Source: a plasmid. Taken from it: a DNA stretch of 64,000 nucleotides. The notes beneath the pieces were generated by a model that saw nothing but the letters and a program-made list of their open reading frames with translations, ran no database searches and was not told where the DNA came from. How positions within the stretch are numbered: position 1 is the first letter of the stretch; each line of letters opens with the position of its first letter. The stretch lies in the sequence record NZ_CP023526.1; one strand, given 5' to 3'. The position numbers and the translations under genes were made by a program. Positions 62,351 to 64,000 of this stretch are shown one piece after another.

Positions 62351-62623
62351 TACGGATTCATGTTTACGCCAGAAAAGGAAGGCACAATCCGGGACGCCGC
62401 GGAACCACGGCCACACCTTGACGGACCGATGCGAAAAATACAAAAACCGGAACCGGAGGCGTGCTGACGAACGCGGCGATGTGACGGGGATGCCGGAAGG
62501 CGCGGAGGAATGGGCGGGCGATATACCGTTCCGGGGTATGTCGCCGTATTATGTTCCGGGCGGGTCAGTGGCCTGCAGAGCAGGGGCGTTTTTGTGCGGC
62601 GCGGGTGGTCAGTGGAGGGGGAT

Positions 62624-63328
62624 TCATTTTCCCCGGGTATAGAAGGCCTGAATCGCTTTACCTGCCACGTTTTCCCGGTACTCTCCGTGGGCCAGGTTGA
62701 TCATGAATAGACCGATGTCATCGAAAGTGACCTCACCCAGCGGGAGGTTACTCACCGGTTCGATCCGGCCCTTGCTGGCCGCGTCAACGGGAGGCCCCAT
62801 ACGAATGAGGGTGAACCGCAGCCCGCAGTCCCGGCCGTTGCCGGTGGTCAGATATTCGGTCACGGCCTGATTATCGCGAAAGGCGGCCTGATAACCCGAC
62901 AACGGCATGACTGCCGCGCGCATCAGTCTGAAGTACCAGGGCAGGGGATCGCTGGCAGGTGCAAAGAACAAACCCGACAGATAGATAACAAAGCAGGCGC
63001 TCAGTCGATGGGTTTCCGTGAGTGCCGTGACGATCGCCCGGATGACAATCACGTTCAGGGGCCCGGGCCGGCTTTTACGTGGATGGTCAGAACAGACAAC
63101 AATCGCGTCCGGAGAGACATTTTTTACCGCGTCAGCAACCGCGGCCGGGTCGGTCAGATCGCCGACAATGACGTTCACTCTCGCTTTGATGTCTGCCGGT
63201 AATTTATCGGGGTTCCTGACGAATACATACACCTCATCGTGGGCATCGAGGGCGTGACGCACGGCATAACCTCCCGCCTTGCCGGTGGCGCCCAGAATAA
63301 GCAGCGTGGATGCTGAGGGGGCTGACAT
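62624..63328 (-). CDS. NmrA/atypical-SDR-like NAD(P)H-binding oxidoreductase
   Basis: Rossmann motif LLILGATGKAGGYAVRHAL with the typical downstream VVCSD segment. 234 aa. Confidence 0.6.
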   Translation of the reverse strand: MSAPSASTLLILGATGKAGGYAVRHALDAHDEVYVFVRNPDKLPADIKARVNVIVGDLTDPAAVADAVKNVSPDAIVVCSDHPRKSRPGPLNVIVIRAIVTALTETHRLSACFVIYLSGLFFAPASDPLPWYFRLMRAAVMPLSGYQAAFRDNQAVTEYLTTGNGRDCGLRFTLIRMGPPVDAASKGRIEPVSNLPLGEVTFDDIGLFMINLAHGEYRENVAGKAIQAFYTRGK

Positions 63329-63626
63329 AGGATCGTTCTCCTGTTCGGGATCCGGCGAGTCACCAGACGGGGTCGGTGATGTGGCAGGGCACAGGCTCGT
63401 CCCCGGCAGAACCGGGCGACGCCCTTACCGGAGAGGTCTACAGGGGCTGTCCGGAAAAGGAAAAAATCGTCCCCGGCGTCCGTCTTTCGCTGCCTTCAGG
63501 TGGGGGGGCGCCGCCATACGCCGCCCGCAGACGGGGTATGGCGGGCAAAGCGCGTCATCCGACACGACGCTGCCTGTCACGGCGATAATGACCGGCTCCT
63601 GATCAGGTCACCGGGGAGGATGTTTC

Positions 63627-63857
63627 TCAGTGATCCAGCGTGAAAACCGCCTTGCCGCGCATCTGACCGGCCTGTATCTGTTGTAATACGGCATCCGTTG
63701 TTGACCAGTCGGCCAACTGGATATCCACGCGCAGCCGACCGTCAGCAACCAGCCCGATCAGCTCCGCGAGATCATCCTTATCGTCAGCCTCCGACAATTC
63801 ATTGTACACAAAATGCCGCAGCGTCATGCCTTCATGCCCGCCGAGCTGGCTGAAGAA
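63627..63857 (-). pseudogene. C-terminal fragment of a zinc-ADH/quinone-oxidoreductase-family gene truncated by the Tn3-family insertion
   Basis: The frame is open from the transposon IR with no start codon. The tail ...GQMRGKAVFTLDH is typical of MDR/quinone oxidoreductase C-termini. Confidence 0.5.
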
Positions 63858-63895
63858 GGGGTCTGACGCTCAGTGGAACGAAAACTCACGTTAAG
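63858..63895 (+). mobile_element. Tn3/Tn2-family 38-bp terminal inverted repeat (IRL), transposon interior to the right
   Basis: Exact GGGGTCTGACGCTCAGTGGAACGAAAACTCACGTTAAG. Confidence 0.85.
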
Positions 63896-64000
63896 CAATG
63901 TTTTCTTCCTCTGACGCCTCTTTTAATGGCCGCAAATGTCCTTTTGTCACCAGTTCTGCCAGTGTGAAGGAATAATGGCCGAGCATATTGATATGCCCGT
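63886..64000 (-). CDS. tnpA: Tn3-family transposase TnpA C-terminus (partial; continues beyond the window), stop codon inside the IR
   Basis: The minus-strand frame is open from the window end and terminates at a TGA within the IR, as is characteristic of Tn3 tnpA. Confidence 0.55.
   Translation of the reverse strand, partial: RAYQYARPLFLHTGRTGDKRTFAAIKRGVRGRKHCLT

Overview
This 64-kb window is a mosaic accessory region from an enterobacterial-type chromosome, with roughly 50% GC background interrupted by many AT-rich and GC-rich patches. It opens inside a CSS-motif EAL c-di-GMP phosphodiesterase gene. A tRNA-Thr/tRNA-Gly pair follows, and downstream of it lies a long stretch of horizontally acquired material. 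That stretch holds paralogous small hypothetical proteins, IS6, IS66, IS110 and Rpn transposase debris, a GH18 chitinase, and an AT-rich module encoding a calpain-like cysteine protease beside ToxR-like and LuxR-type regulators. It also holds a tRNA-like gene with an apparent UAU anticodon, a holin-like protein next to a DUF2235 (Tle1-like) lipase, and a second Kup K+ transporter. Further along come a small ORF plus a ParB/Srx-like protein, a HigB-HigA module fused in-frame across a C7/G7 homopolymer and bracketed by ~70-bp repeats, and a compact minus-strand operon. That operon runs cI-like repressor, YhhQ-family preQ0/preQ1 transporter, QueF and an exported guanine-deaminase paralog, and is the candidate novel 7-deazapurine salvage/processing system. 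After it come a Cdh paralog next to a secreted protein that has a tandem-domain paralog 12 kb away, and orphan Rhs C-terminal toxin modules, one with a minimal protein-kinase-like domain. These are followed by LysR/nitroreductase genes, a 728-aa beta-propeller/Ig-like protein, a eukaryotic-like RCC1-repeat protein, a metzincin-type metalloprotease, a Fic protein preceded by three 70-bp-spaced operator-like repeats, and finally a Tn3-family inverted repeat that truncates an oxidoreductase gene. No CRISPR array, rRNA or intact integrase was seen. All calls are from reading the sequence and the ORF translations by eye; no database searches were run.
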